Positions 34,441 through 34,577 of a stretch of 34,577 nucleotides of DNA are shown here, one piece after another (the stretch's first letter is position 1; each line of letters starts with the position of its first letter). A program made the position numbers and the translations under genes. This DNA is from a virus (taxonomy: Duplodnaviria; Heunggongvirae; Uroviricota; Caudoviricetes). The stretch lies in IMG/VR virus record IMGVR_UViG_3300022871_000009, positions 64,001-98,577 of that record; one strand, given 5' to 3'. Below the pieces are notes generated by a model. The model was given only the letters and a program-made list of their open reading frames with translations. It searched no databases and was not told the origin of the DNA.

Positions 34441-34567
34441 TGGTCCTGTCTATGAAGCGAACAGGAACGCTTGGTGAGGCTAGACAAAAGGTGTCTCTAC
34501 TACATCGGCGTAGCTACACGATGTGCAGAGTTCTACGAACTGGAGTCCTCCTTCCCATTCTCTCCAG
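34441..34567 (-). ncRNA. Structured RNA candidate ending in an H-type pseudoknot plus CCA (may extend past the window)
   Basis: Hairpins CTGGAG/CTCCAG, ACATCG/CGATGT, AGACA/TGTCT; pseudoknot AAGCG/CGCTT with TCCTGT/ACAGGA, then CCA. Confidence 0.45.
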
Positions 34568-34577
34568 CAGAAGATTT

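Noticed and set aside
34441-34577. tmRNA or group I intron
   Set aside because: No T-arm/acceptor end or tag reading frame; the GTAGAGAC R-like word lacks a downstream S element; kept only as an unassigned structured RNA

Overview
The whole window reads as part of a tailed dsDNA phage genome (Caudoviricetes, probably podovirus-like), read with genetic code 11. No integrase or host housekeeping context is visible. The leftward (minus-strand) arm, 1-24.0 kb, runs in transcription order: a sigma70 promoter with a structured leader RNA, groES-groEL, a short UDP-glucose dehydrogenase, HU, XRE-HTH and HicB-like genes, a 983-aa probable internal virion protein, terminase small/large subunits, portal, small basic proteins, scaffold, SU10/DUF5309-type major capsid protein, virion/tail proteins (one with a 151-residue pure Ser/Thr tail), and a holin-like gene plus a papain-like cysteine peptidase. 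The rightward (plus-strand) arm, 24.4-33.6 kb, is a strongly A/C-rich early/accessory region of small genes, several preceded by a repeated ~27-nt motif. It ends in a COOH-NH2 ligase / class II glutamine amidotransferase / HEXXH peptidase cluster. The right end holds repeats, several structured-RNA candidates and a tRNA-Phe-like element with a broken acceptor stem. Starts generally lack Shine-Dalgarno motifs, which suggests a host with SD-poor translation (e.g. Patescibacteria or Bacteroidota); this is inference only. All family calls come from visual motif recognition, not database searches.
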